Assembly (NCBI RefSeq): GCF_006345805.1
Contig: NC_043009.1
Span: forward strand, 5,890,001-5,954,000
Direction: 5' to 3'
Source of the DNA: Octopus sinensis
Taxonomy: Eukaryota
DNA: 64,000 nt
The stretch's first letter is position 1; each line of letters begins with the position of its first letter. Of this stretch, positions 40,429-53,495 are shown piece after piece. The notes under the pieces are model-generated. The model did not search any database and was not told the origin of the DNA. It saw only the letters and a list, made by a program, of their open reading frames with translations. A program made the translations under genes and the position numbers.

Positions 40429-40921
40429 AGTGAGAAAACGGTATGGACGGATTTTTGGAGTCCAATAACACCCTGTACGTCTATTTGATTATGAAGATTT
40501 ACAAACATAATTTCCCAGTGATTCTCAGTTTACCTACCATTATAAATAATACCAAATGTTCTTTCTCAAACCTTTCATAACGTGATACATGTCTTTCGTG
40601 TAGCAATTGCATGCGGCTGAAGAGGGCTCTTAAACTATCTGTTATGTCGATTATACATTGATGTAAGAATAAGTTGTTTTATAAAACTCGAAACATGTGT
40701 ACCCCGACATCCTTTGTGTCCTGTTTTTCATTTTATTTCATTAGATACACACACACACACACATTATTATATTATTATATTATATGTAGAAAAATACAAA
40801 ACTGGGACAAGAATGTAAAACATTTAGAAGACGATACAAAAAACACGGATGGGACATTCGAAGCCTTCAATCTTCAGTCAAGAACCAATCATCCTATCAA
40901 TTTCGGCATATATATATATAT

Positions 40922-40957
<36 letters not shown>

Positions 40958-41625
40958 GTATATATTATATATTATATATATATATATACTTTTTAACATT
41001 ATCTCAAATAAATGAAATAGTATATGAATAAATATATGTGTGTGTGTGTGTGTGTGTTTGTGTATGAGTGTTTGCCTGTAGAAATAAAGAGAGAGGGAGA
41101 TTGAGAGAGACAGAATGACAAGAAAATAGATAGAGAAGTGAGGTACAGAATAGGGGGATAGAAATGATGTCTACGATTTGCAAAACGAAAAAGTACTAAG
41201 ATTATGAGCATTCACAATATATGTTGTTGGCGTTAAGAGATAAATGTGTTTGAAAGAATAGATAATAAATCCCATAGCTTATACATACATCATTAAAATA
41301 AGAACTTAGGAACGAAAGGTGGAAATTAACATGATTAAACGACAAGACATAATGAGAAGTATTATTAAATGATAAATTAATTAACGAAAATGTTTGGTAA
41401 CAAAGACATTGGATATATTAACTGAGAACTTATTTTATGGAATTGTGACGTGCATAATTAGGGTTATTAAATATTAACAGAAAATATCGAAGGATCTTTT
41501 AGTAAGCATTTTTCAGAACATAATTGTAGGATGCTGCAGATTACGCGAAATATATTAAAATATAGATGTAGATAATCGATAGCTGATTAATAGATAAGTA
41601 GATTTATTCTGACACAATAAATATT

Positions 41626-41659
<34 letters not shown>

Positions 41660-41725
41660 ATGTATATATATACATATATATGTACATTTATATATGTATG
41701 CATATGTATATATATTATATATATT

Positions 41726-41764
<39 letters not shown>

Positions 41765-42012
41765 ATATATATCATACAAGTATGTATATGCGGTGTTTCA
41801 AACGGGACAACCAAATAAGGGGAATATTCCTTGCGTTGTATGTCTTGTTCTCTGTTTTTTTTCGTTGTTTGAAAAAAAAGTTCCTTTCTATGTTTTTGTT
41901 TTTATGTTTTCGTTTCTCATTGTGTTCAACGTTTTTTTTATGTCCTGTACCCATATATGCATGTATATATAAATATAGATGTAGGTATGTACATATATGT
42001 ATGTATAGATGC

Positions 42013-42049
<37 letters not shown>

Positions 42050-42163
42050 ATATAATATATATATATACATATATATACAATATCAATAATACAGTGATTG
42101 TTCTTGTCAGAACAAAAAGATTAATAGGACTGCTATAGAAGTGCTCTATTGAGAGAGACAAAA

Positions 42164-42224
42164 ATATCAAACTAAAATTATTGAACAAAAATTATTTGCT
42201 TGTTCAATAATTTTAGTTTGATAT
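42164..42224. repeat. Perfect 25-bp hairpin with 11-nt loop
   Basis: ATATCAAACTAAAATTATTGAACAA (42164-42188) with TTGTTCAATAATTTTAGTTTGATAT (42200-42224). Confidence 0.95.
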
Positions 42225-43010
42225 ATATATATATATATTTATATCCTGTACCCATATATGCATGTATATATACATATAGATGTAGGTATGTACATTGATT
42301 TCTAAAACAACTTCGAGAGGGCTAAGTTTCAATTGAGATGTAGTAAATTAAAGTCGAATTCACTAATTAACTACTGCTAAATGTATACATAGAAGGATCA
42401 TTAAAGGTGGCCTGGACAACGATGGAACGGAACCGGGATTATTAGTACCACACCTTAGTTTGTCCGCTGCATTTGCTACTCCCCAAATTTTCCGCTCACT
42501 AGCTAAACTGATATTGCCAGAGTAAAGGTTTCCTTTATATATTTGTTTTGAATTTCAAGTAAACTCTCTCATCTTACATAATATAATTTTGCAAAGTAAG
42601 CATGAATTCATGACACTACATAGTGAAGGAGAAAAGTTAACCTTCAAATTGATGACAAGGGCGATGTATATATATATAAGATAGTATATATTAGATTCCC
42701 ATATTGATTATTTATATTCATTTTAAGGTTCCGGTTGATAAATACACAAACGGAGATATTGTTAGTATAGACAATGACACATATACAGAAAAAGGAAGTT
42801 GATATATTCATTTCTAACTTCAGCATGTTAAATTCGAGAGTCTGAATAGTGGTTGTGGTGCGACTGGTAATATCGTATGTAAATAAACACTCGCTGAAAT
42901 ACATGAAGAATTAACAGATACCAGATGATCGTAAATAGGGTTTGTATAAATGTATGCATGCTACATAACACACACACACACACATACATGTATATGTGTA
43001 TATATATTTA

Positions 43011-43048
<38 letters not shown>

Positions 43049-43058
43049 TATATTTATA

Positions 43059-43442
43059 CGAGCAAAACGCCCCCGTCCGATGGACGGTGCTGAGTTGTCA
43101 AACATTTGAACCAAATTTTCTCAAAACAACTTTTCCGACCATCTCATAGCCTCCCCCCACACACACTTTGAGAAACACTGATTTAACCTAAATTTGAGAC
43201 ACCATCAAAAGAAGAAATAAAGAGAGACTTTCTTTCTATTCCCCCCACAAAAAAAGATTTTATTCAATTTATCGATCACGTACTCACCTGGAATCGATTT
43301 TTGCAATCAATTTTTTCAAGACTTATATCCGCCCTGATACCGTCGGTATCTACATATCAAATTTGAGTGCAATCGGATGGAGGATACCCAAGATCCTAGG
43401 AGACACACACACAGACAGACAGAACGGATTTTATATAATAGA
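43059..43442 (-). mobile_element. Non-autonomous Helitron
   Basis: The minus strand starts A|TCTATTATATAAAA, then (TCTG)n/(TG)n. There is a subterminal hairpin CCGTCC-ATC-GGACGG (43073-43087) and the end reads CTCG|T (cf. CTRR|T). Confidence 0.75.
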
Positions 43443-43698
43443 TATGTGCACACACATACATATCCATGTGTGCGTTTGTATACATGGATATATATACGCA
43501 TGTGTGTATGTATGTATGTACGTATGAGTTTGTGTTTGTATGTATTTTGTGCTATATACATAGATAAAAATAAATGACAGGAAGCCATTTTGTTAGTCAG
43601 ATAGGTAGCTAGCTAGTTAAAAAAAAATTAATAGAAAGAAATGACAGTCCATGTGTCTTTGTATGTATATGAATCTGGGAAACATCTATATACACACG

Positions 43699-44057
43699 CT
43701 AAATGCCAGCATATAGTGGGACATATATTTGTCCCCTAACACATATTTGAAACGCTACATTTATCCCATTTCCGTGAGCTGGCCATGACATATCTAACTG
43801 TAGAATTTCTGATGTGTGTAGCACCTCAGACAGAGGATCATATGTCCGAGCGATCATATTTTTGCCGTTTATCGTATTTGAGCGATGATTCAAGGATATA
43901 CGAATTGCATTTGACCAAGAATAGTCTGTATATCTCATCCTCACTTTGTGTCTGAAACCATATGAAAAACCAGGACATTGAAGGCTTCTGGGTTTTAGCA
44001 TATCTATTGCATACGGTCCATTTCTCACACCATCCATCAGTCTGAATATATAGACTG
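43699..44057 (-). other. Candidate host-gene coding exon of unknown product
   Basis: Non-repetitive island of more balanced base composition with two long open frames on the minus strand, candidate acceptors (GTGTCTTCAG, TATATTCAG) and donor-like AAA|GTGAGG and GAG|GTGCTA. No family recognised. Confidence 0.35.
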
Positions 44058-44544
44058 CTCTGAAGACACATGCTTTTTATTGAGGTTGAGATATCTCTAT
44101 ATAAGGATAGTTGGTAAATATGTTTATCTAATCAAAATATAATTACAAAAATGTATAAATATAAGAAATGTTGGCTGATTGCAAATACTATACTTGTTGG
44201 CAGACAATCATTCAAATAATTCTATTTACGCGGAAACATATAATCTCTCAGGGAGAGACAGAAATTTGGAGTAGGAACAGAAATTTCCCTCCTTTCTTTT
44301 TCTTTTTTTTTTGTAAATTAGCGTCCAGAAATTTAACGAAATTTGTTGTACATTGATTGTGTATGGCATCGTGCATTGTAGCGGAAGTATATTTCCAAAG
44401 TCTCTCGTCATTAAAAGGGTAACACTTTAGGGCCTTAGCTTTGTGAGTTTTTTTATAATTGTAGAACAAATTATGATTGTTAGGTATCTTAAGTTGTATG
44501 TTGTGGATATTATTTATTTATAAATTTAGCTTTTTTTGCATTCT

Positions 44545-44945
44545 CAGATGCGCAGGTCTGTCGTGGCTGGGTGGTAAGAAGCTTGCTTTCCATCCACATT
44601 ATTCCGGGCCACGTTGCATTGCATGGAACCTTGTTCAAGTGTTGTTTTTCTTGTTACTATAGCCTTGGGCCAACCGAAGCCTTGCGGGTGGAATTTGTAG
44701 GCGGAAACAGAAAGAAGCCCGTCGTATATACGAATATATATATCTATGTGTGTCTGTCTGGATTTGCGCCCCCCATCACTGCTTGACAACAACTGTTTCT
44801 GTATCTATGTTCCCGTAACATAGCGGTTCGCCCAAAAGGCCGATATATTAAATATTACGCTTTAAAAGGTAGTAAGCCTTGGTGTCAATTTGTTTCACGA
44901 ACTTTGACTAAAATCCTCCAAATGACTGAAAAAAGTAAAAGATAA
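44545..44945 (+). mobile_element. SINE family 2, diverged full-length
   Basis: Colinear with 38159-38561. Partial copies also at ~1161-1310(+), 4815-5005(-), 26731-26787(-), 34255-34460(+), 39160-39440(+), 39470-39780(-), 50700-50960(-), 54185-54395(-) and 58905-58950(+). Confidence 0.8.
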
Positions 44946-45372
44946 AAGATATCTATACATTTGTATAGAGCAGTCCTGAAAGCTTAGTGTCAAGATACTA
45001 TTAGCCTTTTTTCGTGCTATCACGGCGATGATATAGGGGGCTTTCAGCATTTGAACTATCGTAACACACTCATACAGGAAACGTAATGCTTAGTTAACAT
45101 CAAGTTTTCTAGGGTCGATTGTAGCCTGAAGACGCTTGATGTGAGGTATCGAAAGCTTGTGACGATTCGTGGCACCGTTACCAGCCTGGTGCATAAGTGT
45201 GGTCAAATTTCTATGGCAGATACCAAGCTTTGTCCCCATGTTCTAAAGAGCTCAGAGTACTGCGCTTATTCACCTATCCTTGTTTTCTTTGTATCGTCTA
45301 TCTGGAATATTTTGTTCCATTTTTGTATCACCTAACTGTCCAGATGTTTTGCGTTCTTGTCCCATGTTGTAT

Positions 45373-45445
<73 letters not shown>

Positions 45446-45461
45446 ATATATATATACATAT

Positions 45462-45535
45462 AAGAAAGAAAGAAAGAAGAAAGAAAGAAAGAAAGAAAGA
45501 AGAAAGGAAGAAAAAGAAAGAAAGAAAGAAAGAAA

Positions 45536-45595
<60 letters not shown>
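45462..45595. repeat. (AAAG)n microsatellite
   Basis: Direct inspection. Dozens of (TA)n, (TG)n and (AG)n tracts elsewhere are not listed individually. Confidence 0.97.
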
Positions 45596-47578
45596 CCGTA
45601 CGAATGATCACGTCTATATGTGGAAATGGCGAAAAGCATGAATTTGGCTCGGCAAAAGCACTTTCAAAGACCTTTCCACACGCTTCTAGAGCCCTTATTG
45701 TCATGATGTTGCTCGCACATTTCTATTTCTATCTGTTTTGTTATAAACATCGAATCGATCCTGTCCCATCTTTTGTTGCATGATACTGATTTACCCAGTA
45801 TTTTGCCTATAACCATGGGTGGAAGGCATGAATTTAGAGATTGTGATGTTCTTCGCCTGCATTCATCCTGTGACGTGTGTATTCCTGGCTCTGTCTTTCT
45901 GTTGCTTGGTGATGAAGCACAATTTTGCAGAATTAACAGTCTTCAGTCATGGCCTCAGCTGGCTTGCTGTCTTACCTGAGGGTAAACGGGTTTTACCGTT
46001 TGATGATAGCTCTAATTAAAGGAAAAATTGGTATCACTTAAAGGAGATCGATAACAACCTTTTCTACTCCGGGTACTGGTTTATTTCGGTATACGATCTG
46101 CTCAGTTGACTTTCTGTCGCACTCTATTATACGTGGTAGAGATTTTAACAGAGAGTGTCGTCTGATTACTCCACTATTTTACATACGTAAGATATTATTT
46201 GCTGCGTAATAAATCTTCTTTTCCTCGTGAGTTTCTGCTAGTATTTGCTTTTCATGACATTTGTGAACATTGATATTTCAGATAGTAGAAAAAAATTTCC
46301 TTCATGACATCGACTCCTTCGAAAAGAGACGAAGTGGAGAAAATTATTTATTAATCTTATTCAACAATACAACTGAAAAGGCGAAGTAAATTGACATTCA
46401 GGAATAATGAAGAACTAAAGAACATGCGGAAAAGCATCTATAACCTGTGTCTGGACTTTAACCTAAAGAACCAGAAAATCTTTGCCAACATACTTCAAGA
46501 TTTCTCCATAATACTCCGCGAGAAAGGAGAAAATGCCATAGAAAAACATTTAATAGTGAAAAGAAAAGTTGAGCTTAACCATTTTCAATAGAGAGAAGTA
46601 CGAAAAACTACATACAAAGAGAATAAATTGCAAAGTTGTTAAAAATAAATGAAGAAACTATTGAGCATATAGCAATTTCTAAGAAATTATGAATTTTATA
46701 GAACAGAAAAGAATATTTTCACATTATTAGCCCCCATATGAAACATATTTTACACAAAACTTACAGAGATATCCGAAATGACAAACAGGTATGAAAAACA
46801 AAGAATAATGATAAGGAACTGTCAATAAATTCGAGCGTCTTATACAAGAAAACATTAGCCACGCCAAAATTAAAAAAAACCCAACTACTCAACATATATT
46901 ATGCCACCGTTTCAGCAGTATGGCGATTCTAAAAGAGAATGGGAAGGGAAGAAACACAAGGTATAAATTATAAGCATATATATCAACCTGAAATACAGGT
47001 AGTATTTTACTTAACACGACTTTTGTAATATATTATAACTGTTATTACAAACGTGTTCTACGATGAAGCGTTACTAATAAAGACATCTCTAGCGCACAGC
47101 TTTCAATGTCAGTGTAAATGAAATGGAAAGATTTTTAGCGATTTTTGTTTTGTATTTAATATTGTCGTTTGGAATTATGTGTAAAATAAACATGGCACTT
47201 TGTAATTCATTATGCAAAAACATTTACTTAGGTTTCGGCGTATACTTTTCACATATGATTTAATTTTACGAATATTTAAAACTTTCGCATCTTTCACACT
47301 GCCTATTTGTTTCCATCAATCTCTGTCTCTCTCTGCCTGTTTCCATGTCTCTCTGTCTATCTCCTACTCTCTCTGTTTCTGTCTCCCTCTCTCCCTTTCT
47401 CAATAATTACACATACTCACACACATACATATATATATATATAAATATATAAATATAGAGAGGTAGATACTTAGATAGATAGTTATATAGATACACAGAT
47501 AGATGGATGGATAGATAGACATGTATATCTATCCAGCTATCATTATACGCATTGTATAATGTACGTATGCAAACAGGC

Positions 47579-47617
<39 letters not shown>

Positions 47618-47646
47618 GTGTTTGTATGTGTGTGCGTGTGTATATA

Positions 47647-47692
<46 letters not shown>

Positions 47693-48079
47693 AGGACTTA
47701 TGTATGTAGGTTTGACAGGTATGTATATATGCATGTATTTATGTATGTATGATTGTGTATCTCTACGTGTAAATGTATGTACGTAACCATCATGATACAA
47801 GCAGATACCTAAGTACGTGTACATGTGCTCATTAAAAGACAGAAACAATTGAAATATTATCTCTCAATTATAGATCTTGAGCAAACACAATATATTTAGA
47901 TGTCACTTCTCATGTCAGAAAATTGCGAAATATCGAACACAAAGAATATATATGTTATGCATGTATGTATATTTTCATACATACATGCATACATACATAC
48001 ATAACCACATGTGTACACATATATTATATGCATATTTTTCTTTAATATATATATATATACATATATATGTGTGTTTGTG

Positions 48080-48112
<33 letters not shown>

Positions 48113-49443
48113 TATTATATAATTATATATATATATATATAATATATATATATATACATATATATATATAATACATATATATATATACATATATATATAT
48201 ACATATATATATAATATATATATATATACATATATATATATTATATTATATATATATATGTATATATATAAAATGTATGTGTGCATATATGAATGTATTG
48301 TTATAAAACATTCTCCAAATTGAAATTATACGCAATGACATCGGCAAACACACTAAGAGAATTATATAATGCCGTTACTCTTTTCTTTATAAAATATGTA
48401 TTCAAATATTCTGAAATTTGGTATTAAATTTTGACATTAATGTACATCCTTTCATCTTGAACAGCATTGCTAATATCTATCTAAATGTGTACAGACTTAA
48501 AGCTGCCACGCATAAATTGAAGTACACCATACATACATTCGCACTCGCGCATACATATAAACACACAGACACACACACATACACACACGCTGGCACGAAA
48601 TCAGACACAAAGTCAGACACACTCACTCATATAAGCATACAAACACACACAAACACACATATATATTATATATGAGTGTTTGCATGTGTATGTATATTTG
48701 TATATGCATTTATGTATGTATTGGAAGCATACACAGACTTAATTTCGCACAAACATACATATTCATTCATACATAACGTACGTTCGAATCTTCTTAATTC
48801 GACTTTTATAGACGAACACTGTAATACGATTATAATAATAATCTGGAATTCTCTTTATTTTCCGAAATGTCAAATTAACGTTTCATTATTTTCAAATATA
48901 TGTCACAATAGAAACATTTCGCTGACTATAAATTTAAGTCCATCTTAATAAATTTCGTATAAGCATTGTAACCAGACAATTTACTCGTTGTAAACGTTAC
49001 TTCATTTTGCATCAGTCTTGTAGCTATTAAGCAACGTATTACAACATTATTAAATGAAAAGTTTAAAGCTTGTTTCCTGTTTTATCGACCACAAATTATT
49101 TATCGCATATAGTTATCAGAAATACATAAGTGAAAGCAGTGTACTATTTGATACAAGTTGAAAGTATACTCTTGAAATTACGTATATTAGATTATAAACA
49201 TTTACATGAATGTACATCACAGCATGAATATATATGGGGTAAATAATATACAACTAACGATTGGAACTAACAGAATGCAAGCAGACGGGTAACGTATACA
49301 ATGGAGATTTAATGCAAAAGTATATAAACGATCTTTTTAAATTATTCACTATTCATTTGTTTATTTACTACACATGTTTTGGTGGAAGTATATACATAGG
49401 TATGTCACATTTTCCGTTACATGTCATGTTATTTAATCCTGAA

Positions 49444-49471
<28 letters not shown>

Positions 49472-49474
<3 letters not shown>

Positions 49475-49780
49475 CAAAATAAGAAAATGGAGGAATAGAT
49501 TCCTTACAATCATCAGCTAACAGATAATACCAATTCATATAATTTATTAACTAATTGAATAATTAAATAGGAACATAAAAATAATACCATAAAAATAATA
49601 TATGTACTATTTTTATGGTATTATCTTACTTATTGATGTATATTGTTTTATTCTGTTTTGCTCTGTTGGATTTAGATGTTCCTATTTAATTATTTAATTA
49701 GATAATAAATTATATGAATTGGTATTATCTGTAAGTTGATGATTGTACGGAATCTATTCCTCCATTTTCTTATTTTGTAT
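49472..49780. repeat. Foldback: 105-bp inverted repeat plus inner 17-bp inverted repeat
   Basis: 49472-49576 versus 49676-49780, 5 mismatches by eye; 49581-49597 versus 49608-49624 perfect. Confidence 0.92.
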
Positions 49781-49980
49781 TATGAATTTGAGGTAAAACA
49801 TTTACCTTCGCCCATCTAATAGAATAAATGAACTAATTGCATTGCAATTGTAAGCATTTATGTATTAGTCTTTTGGGTACTTCACTGGCAGTATATTGGA
49901 TAAATGATATCCCATAGTGGGTTACACTCATAACCCCTATCTCACTTTGTACTTTGTATATATATATATATATATTATAT

Positions 49981-50224
49981 GGGACCCCCTTCGGTCACGA
50001 GCTGACCATGGGATTGCACCAAGAAAGTTACCCTCCCAGGCACAAGTCCGGTCAAGGTTATTTATGGAAGACCAGCAGTCACCCATGCATACCGGACTCC
50101 CCTCTCCACGCCACCATTGTTATCCAAGGGAAAGGCAGCAGCCGATACGGCACCCGTGACGTCACAACTCATTTCTACCAGCGTAGTGAACTGGAGTAAT
50201 GTGAAATAAAGTGTCTTGCTCAAG
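49981..50224 (-). mobile_element. Same CORE-like SINE, head missing
   Basis: Reverse complement of the 18370-18695 region. Confidence 0.75.
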
Positions 50225-51130
50225 TCAATTAAAAAAACACAGTGAAAAAGGAAAACGGAAAAGAAAATGTCGATCTAGAACAACAAAGTATTAATAGGAC
50301 ACAGAAAGAAGGAAAAGAGAAGTAATTTTATGTTTCGAGCATTACTCTTCTTCGGAAACAGGAAAAACAGGAGATCAAGACAAAGGAGAAAAACAATCGC
50401 CAACAATAAGAGGTAGCTACATTTTTAACGTGACTGGAAGTAGAAAAATTAAGAGAATGTGCATTCTGGAACAGGAAAGGGCGAATATGGTCAGAATATA
50501 TATATATTTATAAGTGTGTATGTGTAACGAGGGGTTGGGAGCAGTACCTCGCTTTGGGTAAAAGAATATATTATTCAATGTATTCCCCTCTCAATCCCTC
50601 AAATTTTCTAACATTTGTAAACCCCGGACGGCTGAGACTCCATCCAGTTATTTTCAATATACTCTTAAAGCCGGGAACTTTTCAGCACCCTTCGTGTGTC
50701 TGTATATATATTCTGTTATTTGTTGCAGTCATCAAGCGAGGGTGGAAGGACAAACACAAACACACAAACATAGATATATATTTATACATATATATATATC
50801 TACGACATGATTCTTTCAGTTTCCATCAACCAAATCCACTCACTAGGTTTGATCAGCCCAAGGCTATGGTAAAATACATTTGCCCGAGATGCCACGCACA
50901 GGGACTGGACCCGGAACCATATGGTTGGTAAGCAAGCAACTTACCACACAACCACTTCTACAACTATATATATATATAAAATATATATATTTATATATAT
51001 GTTTGTGTATGTGTGTATGTGTGTGTGTTTGTGTGTGTGTGTGTCCGTGTGTGTATAAGTATATATGTGTATATGTGTGTATATATGCATATATATATAT
51101 ATATATATAATATATATATATTATATAATA

Positions 51131-51170
<40 letters not shown>

Positions 51171-52094
51171 TCTACATATATATGTGTATGTATATATATA
51201 TATGCATACAATCGTCCTGTCATATAGCTTGCTATACCATGTGGGCAGAGCCTAGGGATTGCAGAAAAGCACTAGACCTGTTATAAAATACTAACTTTTT
51301 TTCATCGCATGAAACTATTAGTAGCTCATGAAAAGTACATACTCTGTTTAATAAATAATTATATCTATACATAATATCAGAGAGAAAAGCGGATTAATAG
51401 TCCAAGTGAAATAGTGCATTTATGAAGCTCAACGTAAATTAAGATACCAGGCTAACCAATACGTCCTGTTACAGATGATCCGACTGCAGTTAATCCGAAT
51501 TCAACCGGCGGACACTAGACAGATTTGTAAATTCACCTGATGGTTAACAACAGTGATACAGGAAGCACGGACAATGGATTTTAATCATTTATTAAGGATA
51601 TACATATATTTCCGACAAACATTAGAGTGGTCTAGTTCCATATTTAACCGTATTAATCAATCGATCGCGAGTCGATCGGCAGAAAAAAGGAGAGCTGACA
51701 ATTTTCAATGCCTTCATCACAGTCACAAAAATCTAATAACCAAAAGACAACACATTGAAACAAACGGTGGTATTTGAAAAACTAAGTCATTGTATTAGGC
51801 ATTTTTTTCTGACCAGTACTACACAGGCAAGAGGAAAAGCGAGCTGTAATAATAGAAAATTGTGAGTCTGATCATGAAAAGAAGTGATATCTGCTATCTT
51901 CGTACATTGTGCGGGGTTGTTGCAGAGAAAGGGGGACAGTGTATTGAAAGTTAATATTGGTTCAGGCAAGGATCATATGCTATGACAAGAAAGCATTGGC
52001 AGATTGAAGACGGCTGAATAATTTAAACAGAAAGAACTATTCACAATTTAGTATATTTTAAATCTATCAGCTTCCAGTAATTGAAACAGATAAG

Positions 52095-52290
52095 AACATT
52101 GGTTTCAAATTTTGGTACTTTGGAAGTGCATAGTCGACTATATCCACTCCGGTGCCCAACTGGTACTATCGACCCTGGAGACTGATTTAAGGCAAAGTCG
52201 ACCTCTAGAGAATTTAAACTAAGATCATGAAGACGGACGAAATGCTGTTAGCACTATATCGGGTGAGCTAACTATTCTGCTAAATCACCT
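52095..52290 (-). mobile_element. Diverged SINE family 1
   Basis: Degenerate body and head. Confidence 0.7.
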
Positions 52291-52369
52291 CCTCAATACA
52301 GATATGAATATTGATAATCAGAATTCACGAAGAAGTCATAATGTATATATATGAGGAGAGTTTACAAAA

Positions 52370-52560
52370 AACAAAAAAGATGAAGACAGGTGGTGTACAA
52401 AACAAACAGATGTATTAGCATAACGATCAGGAATATAAAATGTCTTTTACGTTTCGAGCCTACGCTTTTCTACAGAAAGGGACACAGAAATAAATGAGGA
52501 GAGAAACAGGGAGAGTAAAAAAAATTGTATGTAGTGGCTAACGATCTGTCATGGCGATAA
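52370..52560 (-). repeat. Short microsatellite-anchored interspersed repeat (probable pLTR remnant) with degenerate hammerhead
   Basis: Highly similar to 38620-38790 and more distantly to 4340-4520; related motifs at 32540-32750 and 50290-50490. Confidence 0.65.
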
Positions 52561-53195
52561 TCAATATATATATTATATATATATAATGAAATATAGTATG
52601 GGAACAGGAGGAAAACTAAATTGGTGCTACGTAAAAAGTGGATAAGGATTATAAATACAATGAATAAAGAATAATCCGGAAAACGGGGGGAATTTAACGT
52701 GAAGTTCTCGTATATATAAGTAGAAAGGAAGAATAGAGAAGACCACTGGAATTCTGAGTCAATCAATATATTAATTTCTCAAGTTATTCTTTTTAAGAGA
52801 ATGATTCACTTCTCTTGTTCAAAATATTACACTCTGACGTAAGGGGAATATTGACTGATTCATGCATTTCGTATTGCTACTTTGTGCTCCCATATAAAAA
52901 AGTTATTAAGTCCATCCTTCCAACTTCAATAATTGCCTTCAAATTCAATAATCATCTCCCTAGCTTCTAATATTTATATCAATTTCGTTCCTAGATAAGA
53001 GAGCGGTTTTCATCCAAAATACCTTATTTTGTAAATATTAGTATAAAGTTTCGCTAGTGGTTAGAAATATCTATATAGATGAATTTATTTTTTTTTTTTT
53101 ATTCTTAACAGCAGTAACCCATTCTAAATCCCTAAGGGAATTTGACTATAGATTCAATTTAACTATTTGATTATGTATAGGTAAATATCTCTCTG

Positions 53196-53495
53196 TGGAG
53201 GCACATGGCCGAATGGTTAGAGAAGCGAAATCGCGGTCGAGGGATCGAGGCTTCGAATCTCAGACCGGACGGTGTTTGCATTTATGAGCGAAACACCTAA
53301 GCTCCTCGCGGCTCCGGCAGAAGGTAATAGCGAAACTTCTGCTGACACATCGCCACAGCTTTCTCTCGCTCTTTTCTACTGCATCTTGCAGCTCACCTGC
53401 GATGGACCGGCGTCCCATCCAGGTGGGGAACCTATACGCCAAGAAACCGGCCCTTGTGAGCCAGGCATAGCTCGAGAAGGAACAAACAAAATATT
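53196..53495 (+). mobile_element. tRNA-derived SINE family 3
   Basis: GGAGGCACATGGCCGAATGGTTAGAG (box A) and TTCGAATC (box B), ending CCTGCGATGGACCGGCGTCCCATCCAGG..AACAAACAAAA. It shares head and middle with 31385-31570(-), which has a different 3' end. Confidence 0.8.

Noticed and set aside
46391-46880. A-rich, Lys/Asn-rich open stretch that might be a PLE or LINE N-terminal remnant
   Set aside because: No diagnostic motif and multiple stops.
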